The translations under genes and the position numbers were made by a program. The notes beneath the pieces were generated by a model. It saw nothing but the letters and a program-made list of their open reading frames with translations. It searched no databases and had not been told where the DNA came from. A stretch of 64,000 nucleotides of DNA from an uncultured delta proteobacterium (GTDB taxonomy: Bacteria; Myxococcota; Myxococcia; Myxococcales; Myxococcaceae), in assembly GCA_963771175.1 (NCBI GenBank), contig CAVYSY010000040.1, forward strand, positions 224,001 through 288,000, written 5' to 3'. Position 1 is the stretch's first letter, and every line of letters starts with the position of its first letter. Positions 38,878 through 48,693 of the stretch are shown piece after piece.

Positions 38878-40212
38878 ATGATGACGCGGAGAAAGCTCCT
38901 CTGGAGCCTGGGCCTCGCGGCACCGCTGGTCTCTCTCTCTGGGAGCGTCGCCTTCTGGAATTCCCGTTCGGCACGTAGGTCGTCGGGCTCCGAAATGGCC
39001 ACCTCCAGCGCGTTGCTGCACACCCGACTCGCCGCGCGAGCCGCTGCCGAAGGAGAGCTGGTTCGTGCGCGCGAGGACGCCACCGTCGCCCTGGCGGAGG
39101 TGCCCGGTCATGCTCCAGCGCTTTTCGTTCTCGCGTGCATCGCGCTGGAGGCGGGCGACTTTCGCGAGGCTCGGGACGTCATCGTCCGGTTACGAGCCCT
39201 GGCTCCAGAACAACCGGAGTTGCTGATTCTGGAGAGGCTGCTGGCGCATCGCCAGAGTGAGTCCCCAGCGGGCTGGGGGCAGGCATTTCTCGAGGCCTGG
39301 GTGGAGCGGGGCCGCCCTGAGCTTCAAGAGAGTGTCCTGTTGCCGGATGCCAGGTTCGCGAGCTTGGAGGAGCCAGAGCTTGAGAGCGCCTGGAACCGTG
39401 CCTCCTCTTCACGGGCGCGTCTCGCCGTGGCGCTGCTGTTCCCGAATCCTTCCGAGGCGCGGACACGCTGGGTCCTCCAGCAGGTGCCGGAGCTGGATGA
39501 GCCCGCGCTGCTCGTCGCGGCATTCGACCTGCTGAGCGACAAGCGGCTCGCGGCGTCATTCCGTCAGGAGGCCGCGCCCGTGCTGCGCCAGCATTTCGCT
39601 CAGCTCGCCGAGGCGTCACCCAGGGCCATGCAGCTTCGCCTGCTCCAACTCGTGGCGGGAACCGAGGGGTCCGTGCCGCTCGGCACCCAGGAAGTGGACG
39701 CGCTCGAGGCCATCTCGGTGCTCCCCATCTGGAAGGACGACTCCTTCACACCGCAGTTCCTGGAGACTCGGCGATGTTTGAAGGAGCTGGCGGTGCCCGG
39801 CGCCAGTGGTGCGGCCTTCGCCGTGACGGAGCGGGCCCTCGGCCATCGCGCCGTGCTCCTCCTGCTCCGTCGCGCCGCGGCCACCCAGGAGCACCTCTCC
39901 GAGGACATGCGCCGCGGGGTGGGGCGGATGCTCTGGCGCATCGGCAGCCGTCTCGCCGAGCAGTCCTCACTCCTGGAGCACACGGTGGGGGCCTCGCTCA
40001 TGGCGTCTGGAGCGGCCAGCATGCGGCACGGCCGGAATCAGCGAGAGGCCTTCGCACGCGAGGATGAAATGCACGCGGCCGTCATGACCTCGCTCCGTGC
40101 CGCGCTCGACCGGTGGCCGCTGCGCTCGCTCACGGAGCAACTGCTGGAGTCACGGGCGCGCAGCGAGGTGACCTGGCTGCGCGCCTTCGTGGGTAGAGCC
40201 ACGCTCCCGTGA
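38878..40212 (+). CDS. Hypothetical alpha-helical (TPR-like) protein with a possible Tat signal
   Basis: Intact 444-aa ORF; N-terminal TRRKLL plus hydrophobic stretch; TPR-like PGHAPALFVLACIALEAGDFREA. Confidence 0.72.
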   Translation: MMTRRKLLWSLGLAAPLVSLSGSVAFWNSRSARRSSGSEMATSSALLHTRLAARAAAEGELVRAREDATVALAEVPGHAPALFVLACIALEAGDFREARDVIVRLRALAPEQPELLILERLLAHRQSESPAGWGQAFLEAWVERGRPELQESVLLPDARFASLEEPELESAWNRASSSRARLAVALLFPNPSEARTRWVLQQVPELDEPALLVAAFDLLSDKRLAASFRQEAAPVLRQHFAQLAEASPRAMQLRLLQLVAGTEGSVPLGTQEVDALEAISVLPIWKDDSFTPQFLETRRCLKELAVPGASGAAFAVTERALGHRAVLLLLRRAAATQEHLSEDMRRGVGRMLWRIGSRLAEQSSLLEHTVGASLMASGAASMRHGRNQREAFAREDEMHAAVMTSLRAALDRWPLRSLTEQLLESRARSEVTWLRAFVGRATLP

Positions 40213-40222
40213 GGGAGCGCGC

Positions 40223-41332
40223 TCAGCTGGCGACGCGGTTGGGCACCTTGCCCGGCGTGAAGCCGGCCCAGAGTGCGTTCTCCGCGTTCTCCATGTCCTC
40301 GACCTTCTTGCGGATCCGCTGCCACTCGGAATCCGGAATCCGCAGGAAGGCCTCGGCCAGCTCGGGATCGAACTGCGTGCCCGAGCAGCGCTTGATCTCA
40401 TCGCGCGCCACGGACATCGGCCGGCCCTTGCGGTACGGACGGTCCGAGGTGATGGCGTCCACCGTGTCGGCGATGGCGAAGATGCGCGCGCCGATCACGA
40501 TGTCCTCGCCCTTGAGCCCCTGCGGGTAGCCCTTGCCGTCCCAGCGCTCCTGGTGGTGCAGCACGATGAGCGAGGCCTCGTGCAGGTAGGGCATCTTCGC
40601 GAGGATCTGGTAGCCGTACTCGGGGTGCTTGCGCATCTCCACCCACTCGTCGGGCGAGAGCGGACCGGGCTTGAGCAGGATGGTGTCGCTCACGCCGATC
40701 TTCCCGATGTCGTGCAGCAGCGCTCCCTGCTCCACCACCTCGAGCTGCTTCGGCCGTCAGGGCCGATCTCCTCGGCCAATGCGGCGCGAGTAGAGCGACA
40801 CCCGGCGCGAGTGCCACTGCGTCTCGGTGTCGCGGTAGTCGAGCGCGCTGATGAGGCCGTCCAGCAGCCCGTTGGTGCGCTCCACCACCAGCCGCTCGAG
40901 ATCGCGGTTGATCGCGGTCAGCTCCGCGTTCTTCTCCGCCACCTCTCGCGTGAGCCGCTCGTTGGACTCCACCAGCCGGAAGTGCTCGAAGGCCTGCCGC
41001 ACGGCGCTGGTCAGCTCACTGAGCGACCACGGCTTGCCCAGCAGACGGAACACCTCGCCCCGGTTGACCGCCTCCGAGGCCGTACGGAAGTCCGCCGCCG
41101 CGGTGAGCATCAGCCGCACCGCGCGTGGGTTCTTCTCCCGCAGGGTGCGCAGGAGCTCCACGCCGTTGAGCAACGGCATCATGAAGTCGGTCAGCACCAC
41201 CTGGAAGCCCTCTTCCTTGGCGGCCTGGGCGGGATCCGTGTGGGTGACGACCTCGTAGCCCTCCGACTGGAGGATCCGCGACAGCGCAGCGAGAATGAGC
41301 GGATCGTCATCCACCACCAGGATGCGGTCCAT
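40223..41332 (-). CDS. Response regulator with an HD-GYP cyclic dinucleotide phosphodiesterase domain (frameshift near 40750)
   Basis: RILVVDDD, LTDFMMP, KPW; HSRRV, LLHDIGKIG, HQERWDGKGYP, ADTVDAITSDRPYRK. Confidence 0.95.
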
Positions 41333-41591
41333 TGAACCAAGCCTCCCGACCCAAGAGGGACGGACGTTAGAGAACCGGGCCGTTATACACGGCTTTGCGC
41401 CCAAAGGTCACACCCGCTCCGTGTGGGTCCAACCTTCTTGCCTGGTGCACAACCTCTGGAAACCTCTGTCGTTTCCTCAAGGGTGCTTTCGAGCGCACGC
41501 ACGAGCCGCTTGCCTGTCCCATTAGGGGTGGTCTATGGTGCGCCTGTTGCTGCATTGTGGTGTAACTCCTTGATTTTTGGAGAGTTCTCCG

Positions 41592-42593
41592 ATGCCTAGA
41601 GCCTCCGCAGGGCCGGTCCCGGTGGTGGTCATGGGGCTGGGCTTCATCGGGCAGGAGATCGCCAGAGCGGCCCAGCTCTCACCCGAGGTCGAGCTGATCG
41701 GCGCGGTGGACGCCAACCCGCAGCTGGTGGGCCGTCCCCTCTCCGAGGTGCTCGGGTTGCCCGGCCTGAAGGGAAAGGTCGCCGGGACACTGGAGGCCGC
41801 GGTGGGCCGGCGCCAGGGCGTGGTGCTGCTGCACGCCACGGGCTCGCGGCTCGCGCAGGTGATGGACCAGCTGCTCGAGGCGCTGAAGCTCGGCATGCCG
41901 GTGGTCTCCACCTGCGAGGAGCTGGCCTTCCCCTTCCTCAAGTATCCGGAGCTGGCCGACAAGCTGGATCGCGCGGCGCAGAAGGCCGGGGTCGCGGTGC
42001 TCGGCACCGGCGTCAACCCGGGCTTCGTGCTGGACCGGCTGGTGGCCACGGCCGGCCAGGCCTGCGGTCCGGTGCGCCGTGCCACCGTCACCCGCGTGGT
42101 GGACGCGCGCACCCGCCGCGAGGCCCTGCAGCGCAAGATTGGCGCGGGGCTCACCGAGGACGAGTTCTTCGCCCTGGTGGACAAGGAGCAGCTCGGCCAC
42201 GTGGGGCTGGTGGAGAGTGCCGCCCTGTGCGCGCTGGGGCTCGGCATGGACTGCGACGACTACGAGGAGGAGATCGTCCCGGTCTTCGCCGAGGAGGACA
42301 TCACCGGCGGCGCCTTCCCGGTGAAGAAGGGCCGGGTGGCGGGAATCTTCCAGTCCGCGGTGGGGCTGGAGGAGGGGCAGGAGCGGGTGCGGCTGGAGCT
42401 GACCATCGCGGTGGGCGCGGACGAGCCGGGGGACCGCATCGAGTTGGATGCGGATCCGATGCTCGTTCTGGAGATTCGCGGTGGCGTCGCCGGTGACAGG
42501 GCCACGGCCCATACACTGGTGAACGCCGCGCCACGCGTGACGGCCGCCGAGGCCGGGCTGTTCACCGTGCTCGAGCTTCCGGCCGGTCGTTAA
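41592..42593 (+). CDS. Dihydrodipicolinate-reductase-like / NAD(P)H-dependent amine dehydrogenase family protein
   Basis: GLGFIG Rossmann motif, VVSTCEELAFP, LGTGVNPGF, LQRKIGAG, GHVGL.ES, GGVAGD.AT. Confidence 0.85.
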   Translation: MPRASAGPVPVVVMGLGFIGQEIARAAQLSPEVELIGAVDANPQLVGRPLSEVLGLPGLKGKVAGTLEAAVGRRQGVVLLHATGSRLAQVMDQLLEALKLGMPVVSTCEELAFPFLKYPELADKLDRAAQKAGVAVLGTGVNPGFVLDRLVATAGQACGPVRRATVTRVVDARTRREALQRKIGAGLTEDEFFALVDKEQLGHVGLVESAALCALGLGMDCDDYEEEIVPVFAEEDITGGAFPVKKGRVAGIFQSAVGLEEGQERVRLELTIAVGADEPGDRIELDADPMLVLEIRGGVAGDRATAHTLVNAAPRVTAAEAGLFTVLELPAGR

Positions 42594-42605
42594 TAGGGAG
42601 GGGAC

Positions 42606-43055
42606 ATGCTGGACAAGAACGCCATTGGCCGGGCCTCACCGCCGACCCTGAACGAGGTCGAGAAGGGCGCCATCCGCCGCTTCGCCGAGTCGCTCGGCGA
42701 CTACAACCCGATCTACTACGACGAGGAGTACGCCCGGGCCTCGGGCTACCCCACCATCGTGGCGCCGCCCACCTTCCCCGCCTCTTTCAGCTCGGCGGCG
42801 GACCTGCGCGAGCTGCTGGGCGTGGGCATCAAGAGCCTGCTGCACGCCGAGCAGGCCTTCGAGTACGAGCGGCCCATCTTCGCCGGCGACCGCATCTTCG
42901 TCGCCACCCGGGTGGCGGACGTGCTCGAGCGCACCGGCCCGGCTGGGAAGATGGACGTGGCCGTCATCGAGGACGAGGGCCGCGACGAGGAGGGCAACCT
43001 CGTGTTCCGCGCCCGCCGCACGCTCGTCGTCCGCGCCGCCAAGGAGAACCCGTGA
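42606..43055 (+). CDS. MaoC-family (hotdog) dehydratase N-terminal-type subunit
   Basis: VEKGAIRRFAESLGDYNPIY.DEE.A, APPTF, LLHAEQ.FEY.RPI.AGD. Confidence 0.9.
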   Translation: MLDKNAIGRASPPTLNEVEKGAIRRFAESLGDYNPIYYDEEYARASGYPTIVAPPTFPASFSSAADLRELLGVGIKSLLHAEQAFEYERPIFAGDRIFVATRVADVLERTGPAGKMDVAVIEDEGRDEEGNLVFRARRTLVVRAAKENP

Positions 43056-43703
43056 TGCCCGCGCGCAAGCTCTACTTCGAAGGTATCCGTGTCGGCGACG
43101 AGCTGCCGGCGCTGGCCAAGGCCCCCATCGATCGGGTGCAGCTCTCCCGCTACGCCGGCGCCTCCGGCGACTTCAACCCGGTCCACGTGGACGAGGTGTA
43201 CGCCAAGAGCGTGGGCATGCCCTCCGTGTACGCCCCGGGCATGCTCGTCATGGGCATGCTCGGCCAGCTCGTCAGCGACTGGGCCCGCGGCGGGCAGCTC
43301 CGGCGCTACCACGTGCGCTTCATCAAGATGGTGTGGCCGGGCGACACCGTGGTCTGCAAGGGCCGCGTGACCGACCGGCACGGCGAGAGCGGCCGCTACT
43401 TCGCCGAGGTGGACCTCTGGGCGGAGAACCAGCGCGGTGAGCTGGTGATGAAGGGCAGCTCCACCATCCAGCTCTTCTACTCGCTGGAGGACGAGAACCG
43501 GCAGCGCTCCGGCCAGGCCCCCATCGTCGTGGAGGTGCCGCGCGAGAGCCTCCTCACGCCTCCGCCGCCTCCGAGGGGGCCGAGGAGGACGAGGAGCGCA
43601 GGTCCGCCAGCGTGGCCGGGCAAGAAGTCGGCCCCCAAGCCGGCCGCCAAGACGGCCACCCCGTCGTTCCGCCTCCGCCGCCGCGAAGAAGGCCAAGAAG
43701 TAG
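43055..43703 (+). CDS. MaoC-family dehydratase with an acidic then Lys/Ala/Pro-rich C-terminal tail (tail frameshifted)
   Basis: YAGASGDFNPVHVD catalytic motif, PGML.MG, VRF..MVWPGD; likely real end AKKAKK* at 43703. Confidence 0.88.
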
Positions 43704-43873
43704 GTTTCTCCCGCACGCTCGCTCAGTGGGGTGGCAAGCAGTCACTCGCCACCCAACGCGAGGCGTCAATTCGGGATTGACTCGAGAATCAGTCGACGTA
43801 ACCTTTCCGTGTCCCTGTGGGGCCGCGGACCGTCGATTTTGCGGCCGTGAGCCCCCCGACAACAGGAGGGGCC

Positions 43874-45715
43874 ATGTCCGCCGGCATCAACCGCTACAAG
43901 ACCGATCTTCGCGAGCTCTTCTTCACCCTGTTCGAGCAGTTCGGCTTCGGCCAGGTCGCCGGGAAGGCGCCGTACGAGGCCTGGGGTCCGGACGAGGCCA
44001 AGGCGGTGCTCCAGGAGACCTACCGGTTCGCCAGGGAGGTGCTCGGGCCCCTCAACGCCTCGGGTGACCGTGAGGGCTGCCGGCTGGAGAACGGCGCAGG
44101 TCATCACCCCCAAGGGCTTCAAGGACGCCTGGAAGAAGCTCTACGAGCAGGGCTTCAAGACGCTGGCGGTGAGCCCGGACCACGGCGGGCAGGGCGCGCC
44201 CGATGATGCTGCAGGTGCTGGTCGAGGAGATGCTCTCGGGCGCCAACTCGGCCTTCAACATGTACCCGGGCCTGGCCTTCGGCGCGGCGGAGCTGATCGC
44301 CGAGTGCGGCACGCCGGAGCAGAAGAAGCTCTACGTGGAGCGCATGCTCAACGGCACCTGGGGCGGCACCATGTGCCTCACCGAGCCGCAGGCGGGCTCG
44401 GACGTGGGCGCGGCGAAGTCGACCGCTCGCAAGAACGCGGACGGCACCTACAGCATCCGCGGCACGAAGATCTTCATCTCCGGCGGCGACCACGACCTGG
44501 CGGAGAACATCATCCACCTGGTGCTGGCGCGCATCGAGGGCGCGGCCCCGGGCACCAAGGGCCTGTCGCTGTTCATCGTGCCGAAGATCCGCGTGAAGCC
44601 GGACGGCGGCCTGCTGGGCACCAACGACGTCTCGGTGGGCTCCATCGAGCACAAGATGGGCATCAACGGCGTCGGCGACGTGCGTGCTGAACTTCGGCGA
44701 GAACGACGCCTGCGTGGGCGAGCTGGTGGGCGGCGTCGAGAACGTCGGCATGAGCCAGATGTTCAAGATGATGAACGGCGCGCGCATCGCGGTGGGCATC
44801 CAGGGCCTGGCGCTGGCGAGCGCGGCCTACTTCAACGCGCTGGAGTACGCGAAGGACCGCAAGCAGGGCGCGCACGTCGAGCAAGTGGAAGGATCCGACG
44901 GCGCCGCGCGTGGCCATCATCGAGCACCCGGACGTGCGCCGCATGCTGCTGGAGATGAAGGCGCACGTGGAGGGCATCCGCGCGCTGCTCGTCAAGCTGG
45001 CCATGCACACGGACAAGGCCCGCATGCTGGCGGGCAAGGACGACGACCAGGCCGCCTACCACCGCGGGCAGGTGGAGCTGCTCACTCCGCTGGTGAAGGC
45101 GTACGGCTCGGACCAGGCGTTCCGCCTGTGCGCTCAGGCCATCCAGGTGTACGGCGGCGCCGGCTTCTGCCAGGACTACCCGGTGGAGCAGTACACGCGC
45201 GACTCGAAGATCTTCTCCATCTACGAGGGCACCAACCACATCCAGGCCATGGACCTGGTGGGCCGCAAGATGGGTCAGGCGGGCGGCGCGCACTTCCAGC
45301 AGTTCATGGGAGACGTGGGCGGCTTCATCGAGGCGAACCGCGAGCACAAGGTGTACGGCGAGGCGGTGAGTCAGCTCGCCGCGGCGCAGGAGGGCGTGAT
45401 GGCCAGCGCCATGGCGGTGCTGGGCTGGTCCCAGGAGCCGGCGAAGATGGCGCTCATCCCGCTGTCGGCCAACCGCTTCCTGAACATGATGTCCGAGCTG
45501 GCGGTGGGCTGGCTGCTGCTGGACGCGGCCGTCATCGCCGAGCGCGTGGGCGAGAAGGCCTCCGGCGACGAGAAGGCCTTCTACGAGGGCAAGAAGTGGA
45601 GCGCCCTGTGGTACGCGCGCAACGTGCTGCCCAACGTGGAGCAGGCGGCGCGGATGATGGCCTCGAGGACGCCTCTCCGGTGGAGATCTCCGACGCGGCG
45701 TTCGGCTCCATCTGA
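43874..45715 (+). CDS. Acyl-CoA dehydrogenase (~600-aa type), several frameshifts
   Basis: GTMCLTEPQAGSDVG, GTKIFISGGDHD, PGTKGLSLFIVPK, EHKMGI, MF.MMN.AR, HPDVRRMLL, IYEGTNHIQAMDL. Confidence 0.95.
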
Positions 45716-45737
45716 GCGCCCGAGCGCCCTGAAATGA

Positions 45738-45771
45738 AAGAGGCCACCTGGGGAAACCCGGGTGGCCTCTT
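45738..45771. terminator. Hairpin between convergent acyl-CoA dehydrogenase and exbD
   Basis: AAGAGGCCACC ... GGTGGCCTCTT inverted repeat. Confidence 0.75.
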
Positions 45772-45796
45772 CGCTTGGGCGGGGAAGGGGAGTTCG

Positions 45797-46248
45797 TTAC
45801 TGCGCTTCGCGCACGCCGATGGCGAGCTGCCCGAGCCCGACGCTCTTGGCCAGCTCCATGACCAGCACCACGGTGCCGTGGGGGACGCCCTCGTCGGCCT
45901 GGACGATGACGACGGTGTCCGGGTTCTTCTGCTGGGCCTCGGCGAAGGCGCTTCTTGAGCTCGTCCTCGGTGACCACGTTGCCGGCGAGCACGAAGCGCC
46001 CGTCGGAGAGGATGGCGACGGACAGGTCGGTGGCACGCGCGGTGACGTCCGTGGCGCCGCCCTTGGGCAGGTTCACCTTCAGGCCCGCCTGGGCGCCGCC
46101 ACCGGGCGCCTGCTGCACGATGACCGAGCTCGTCACCATGAAGATGATGAGCAGCACGAGGAAGATGTCGGTGAGCGGGGTGATGTTGATCTCGGCGAAG
46201 ACGACGTCCTCGCCGTCGCCGTCACCCGGGTACCTTGCCCATGGCCAT
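45797..46248 (-). CDS. exbD: ExbD/TolR family protein (frameshift near 45950)
   Basis: AEINITPLTDIFLVLLIIFMVT, VNLPK, IVQADEGVPHG.VV.VM. Confidence 0.9.
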
Positions 46249-46258
46249 GGCGCGGACC

Positions 46259-46967
46259 TCAGGTTTCCGGCTGGGGACGCGCTTCCGCCGAGGGCGGAGT
46301 CGCGGGGGTGGAGGTGGACGGAGGTTCAACGGGCGCTCGCGCAGCAGCTCGACGAACTCGTCACCCAGGAGCCGCAGCTCCACGAGCACGCGCGACAGCC
46401 GCGCCTGGAAGTAGTTGTAGAAGACCATGGCCTGCACCGCGACGAGGATGCCCACCGCGGTGGCGACGAGCGCCTCGGAGATGCCCGTCATCACCGCGGC
46501 CGTGCCGCCGGTGCCGCCCGCCTGCACGTCCAGGCCCAGGTCCTTGAAGGACCGCATGATGCCGGCCACCGTGCCGAAGAGGCCCACGAACGGGGTGATG
46601 CGAGCCGATGGTGGCCAGGATCCACAGGTTGCGCCGCAGCCGCAGGCCCACCTGGGCGCGCTCGCGCTCCACGGCCGCGTCCACCCCGTCACAGGCCCGG
46701 CGTGCGCTCGAAGCGGTCGAAGCCGGCGAGGAAGATGTCCGCCACCGCGGCGTCCGAGCGCTCGGAGGCGGTGCGGGCGGCGGCGACGTCGCCGCGCAGC
46801 AGGTGCTTGTGGACGGTGTCCCCGAGGGCCCGCGAGCGCTCGCTCACCCCCCAGAGGGCGATCAACCGCTCGATGGCCACGCCCAATGCCACCACGGAGG
46901 CCAGGAGAAGGAAGGCGAGGGTGAATCCGCCGATGCGCAGGTAGTGGAGGAGGTCGGAAAAGCTCAT
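46259..46967 (-). CDS. exbB: MotA/TolQ/ExbB proton channel family protein (frameshifted)
   Basis: LATIGS..PFVGLFGTV.GIM..F, GISEALVATAVGILVAV.A..FYNYF; end approximate. Confidence 0.9.
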
Positions 46968-47010
46968 GCAATGGTGGCCAGGAATGGTCGGCTGGCGCGA
47001 GACTTAAGCC

Positions 47011-47832
47011 ATGAACCGCGCAGCCGCAGCAATCTTCCTGGCCGTCATCTGTTCAGGGTGTCCCAAGCGCATCGATTTCGGCCCCAGCGGCCAGATTACC
47101 CAGGCCGAGGAGCGCTTCCGGCTCACCAGCGCCGTCCAGGCCCAGGGGGTGACCCTCCAGGGGGACGGGAAGCTCCGGGTGGAGTCTCCCCAGGGCTCCG
47201 GGAGCGTCTCGGTGTTCCTGGCTGCCTCCCGTCCGGGCATGCTGCGCGTGGAGATGTTTGATTTCTTCAATCGGCCCATTGCCGTCCTGGTCACGGACGG
47301 GCAGCGGTTCGGTCTCTTCCAGGCCCAGGAGAACAAGTTCTACCAGGGGCCCGCGACCCCCAGGAACCTGTCGCGCTTCCTGCCCGTGGCCCTGCCGAGC
47401 GAGGAGCTGGTGTCCGTGATGCTCGGTCAGGTGCCCTTCATCCCCGCGGAGCGGATGACGCTCGCCCTGGATGCGAAGGAGCGGCTGTACGTCCTCACCC
47501 TTCACCGGGGCGAGGTGTCCCAGGTGCTCCACATCCACCCCAAGCACCTCCGGGTGGTGCGCAGCGTGGTCCGGGGTATCCGCGCCTATGATCTCGAGTA
47601 CGACCACTTCAAGGAGCACGGGCCGCTCGTCTTCCCCCACGAGGTGACGCTCCGAGCCTCCTCGGCCGACACCTCCCTGGACCTGCGCTACACCGATATC
47701 ACCCTCAACGAGTCCCCGGACCTCACCCTCTTCGACCTCGCCGCGCCCGAGGACGTCCCCGTGGTCGAGGTGGATGAGGGCGGGCAGGCGCTTCCTCCCG
47801 TCGCCCTGCCGCCTGCCTCGCCCGGTTCCTGA
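47011..47832 (+). CDS. LolB/DUF4292-like outer-membrane lipoprotein
   Basis: Lipobox CSGC; RPGMLRVEMFDFF.RP..VLVTDG, LolA/B-like beta-sheet pattern. Confidence 0.7.
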   Translation: MNRAAAAIFLAVICSGCPKRIDFGPSGQITQAEERFRLTSAVQAQGVTLQGDGKLRVESPQGSGSVSVFLAASRPGMLRVEMFDFFNRPIAVLVTDGQRFGLFQAQENKFYQGPATPRNLSRFLPVALPSEELVSVMLGQVPFIPAERMTLALDAKERLYVLTLHRGEVSQVLHIHPKHLRVVRSVVRGIRAYDLEYDHFKEHGPLVFPHEVTLRASSADTSLDLRYTDITLNESPDLTLFDLAAPEDVPVVEVDEGGQALPPVALPPASPGS

Positions 47833-47921
47833 GCGGACTCCGTCAAGAATTCAGCAACAGTTGGAATCTCAGGTAGAGTGGAAGGACGGATGGGGCCGTT
47901 CGGGCTCTCCACGATTGCGAC

Positions 47922-48674
47922 ATGGCACAGATCAAGCTTGGTGAACTGCTGATCAAGGCGAACGTGCTCCAAGAGAGCCAGCTCAAGGCGGCGCTCGCGG
48001 AGCAGGCGAAGTGGGGCGGGAAGCTGGGAGAGATCCTGGTGCGGATGAACCTCGTGTCCGAGGATATCCTCGTCCGGGCTCTGTCCAAGCAGCTCGCCAT
48101 CCCCGCGGTGAATCTGGACGCGGTGAAGGAGATCCCCAAGCACGTGCTCAATCGCGTGCCGGTGCAGACGGCGCGGGACTTCGCGGTGCTGCCGCTGCAG
48201 CTCCGGGACGACGGCAAGACGCTCGTGGTGGCGATCGCCGATCCGCTCAACGTGCGGCAGCTCGACGAGCTGCGCGGCGTCACCAAGTGCCGCATTGTTC
48301 CGAACGTGGCGGGGCGCACGGCCATCGCCCGGGCCATGGCGCGCTTCTACGAGGAGACGGCCGAGCTGGGTGACGCGGACACCAACTTCAAGGTGGTGGA
48401 CGCCCAGGGCCGTACGGTCGTCAAGAGCATGAACGAGGTGGCGGGCGCGCCCGCCGCGGCCCCAGGCCCGGCCTTCACCCCGGCCCCCGTGCCGCGTGGC
48501 CCCGTGTCGCGCGAGACACCGTCGGTGCAGGGCGGCAACAGTCCGGCGGACCTCTTGCGCAGCGTCGAGGAGGTGCAGCGCAAGGAGGTGGCGGCCCTCA
48601 AGGCCATGGTGGAGCTGCTCATCGAGAAGGGCGTCTTCTCTCGCGATGAGTACCTGGCGAAGGTCAAGCGTTAA
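47922..48674 (+). CDS. MshEN / GspE N-terminal-domain protein without an ATPase domain
   Basis: KLGELLIKANVL...LKAALAEQ...KLGEILV.MNLV...L.RAL..Q; VAIADPLN; C-terminal LLIEKGVFSRDEY. Confidence 0.87.
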   Translation: MAQIKLGELLIKANVLQESQLKAALAEQAKWGGKLGEILVRMNLVSEDILVRALSKQLAIPAVNLDAVKEIPKHVLNRVPVQTARDFAVLPLQLRDDGKTLVVAIADPLNVRQLDELRGVTKCRIVPNVAGRTAIARAMARFYEETAELGDADTNFKVVDAQGRTVVKSMNEVAGAPAAAPGPAFTPAPVPRGPVSRETPSVQGGNSPADLLRSVEEVQRKEVAALKAMVELLIEKGVFSRDEYLAKVKR

Positions 48675-48693
48675 GCCGTCGAGCCCCCCCGCC

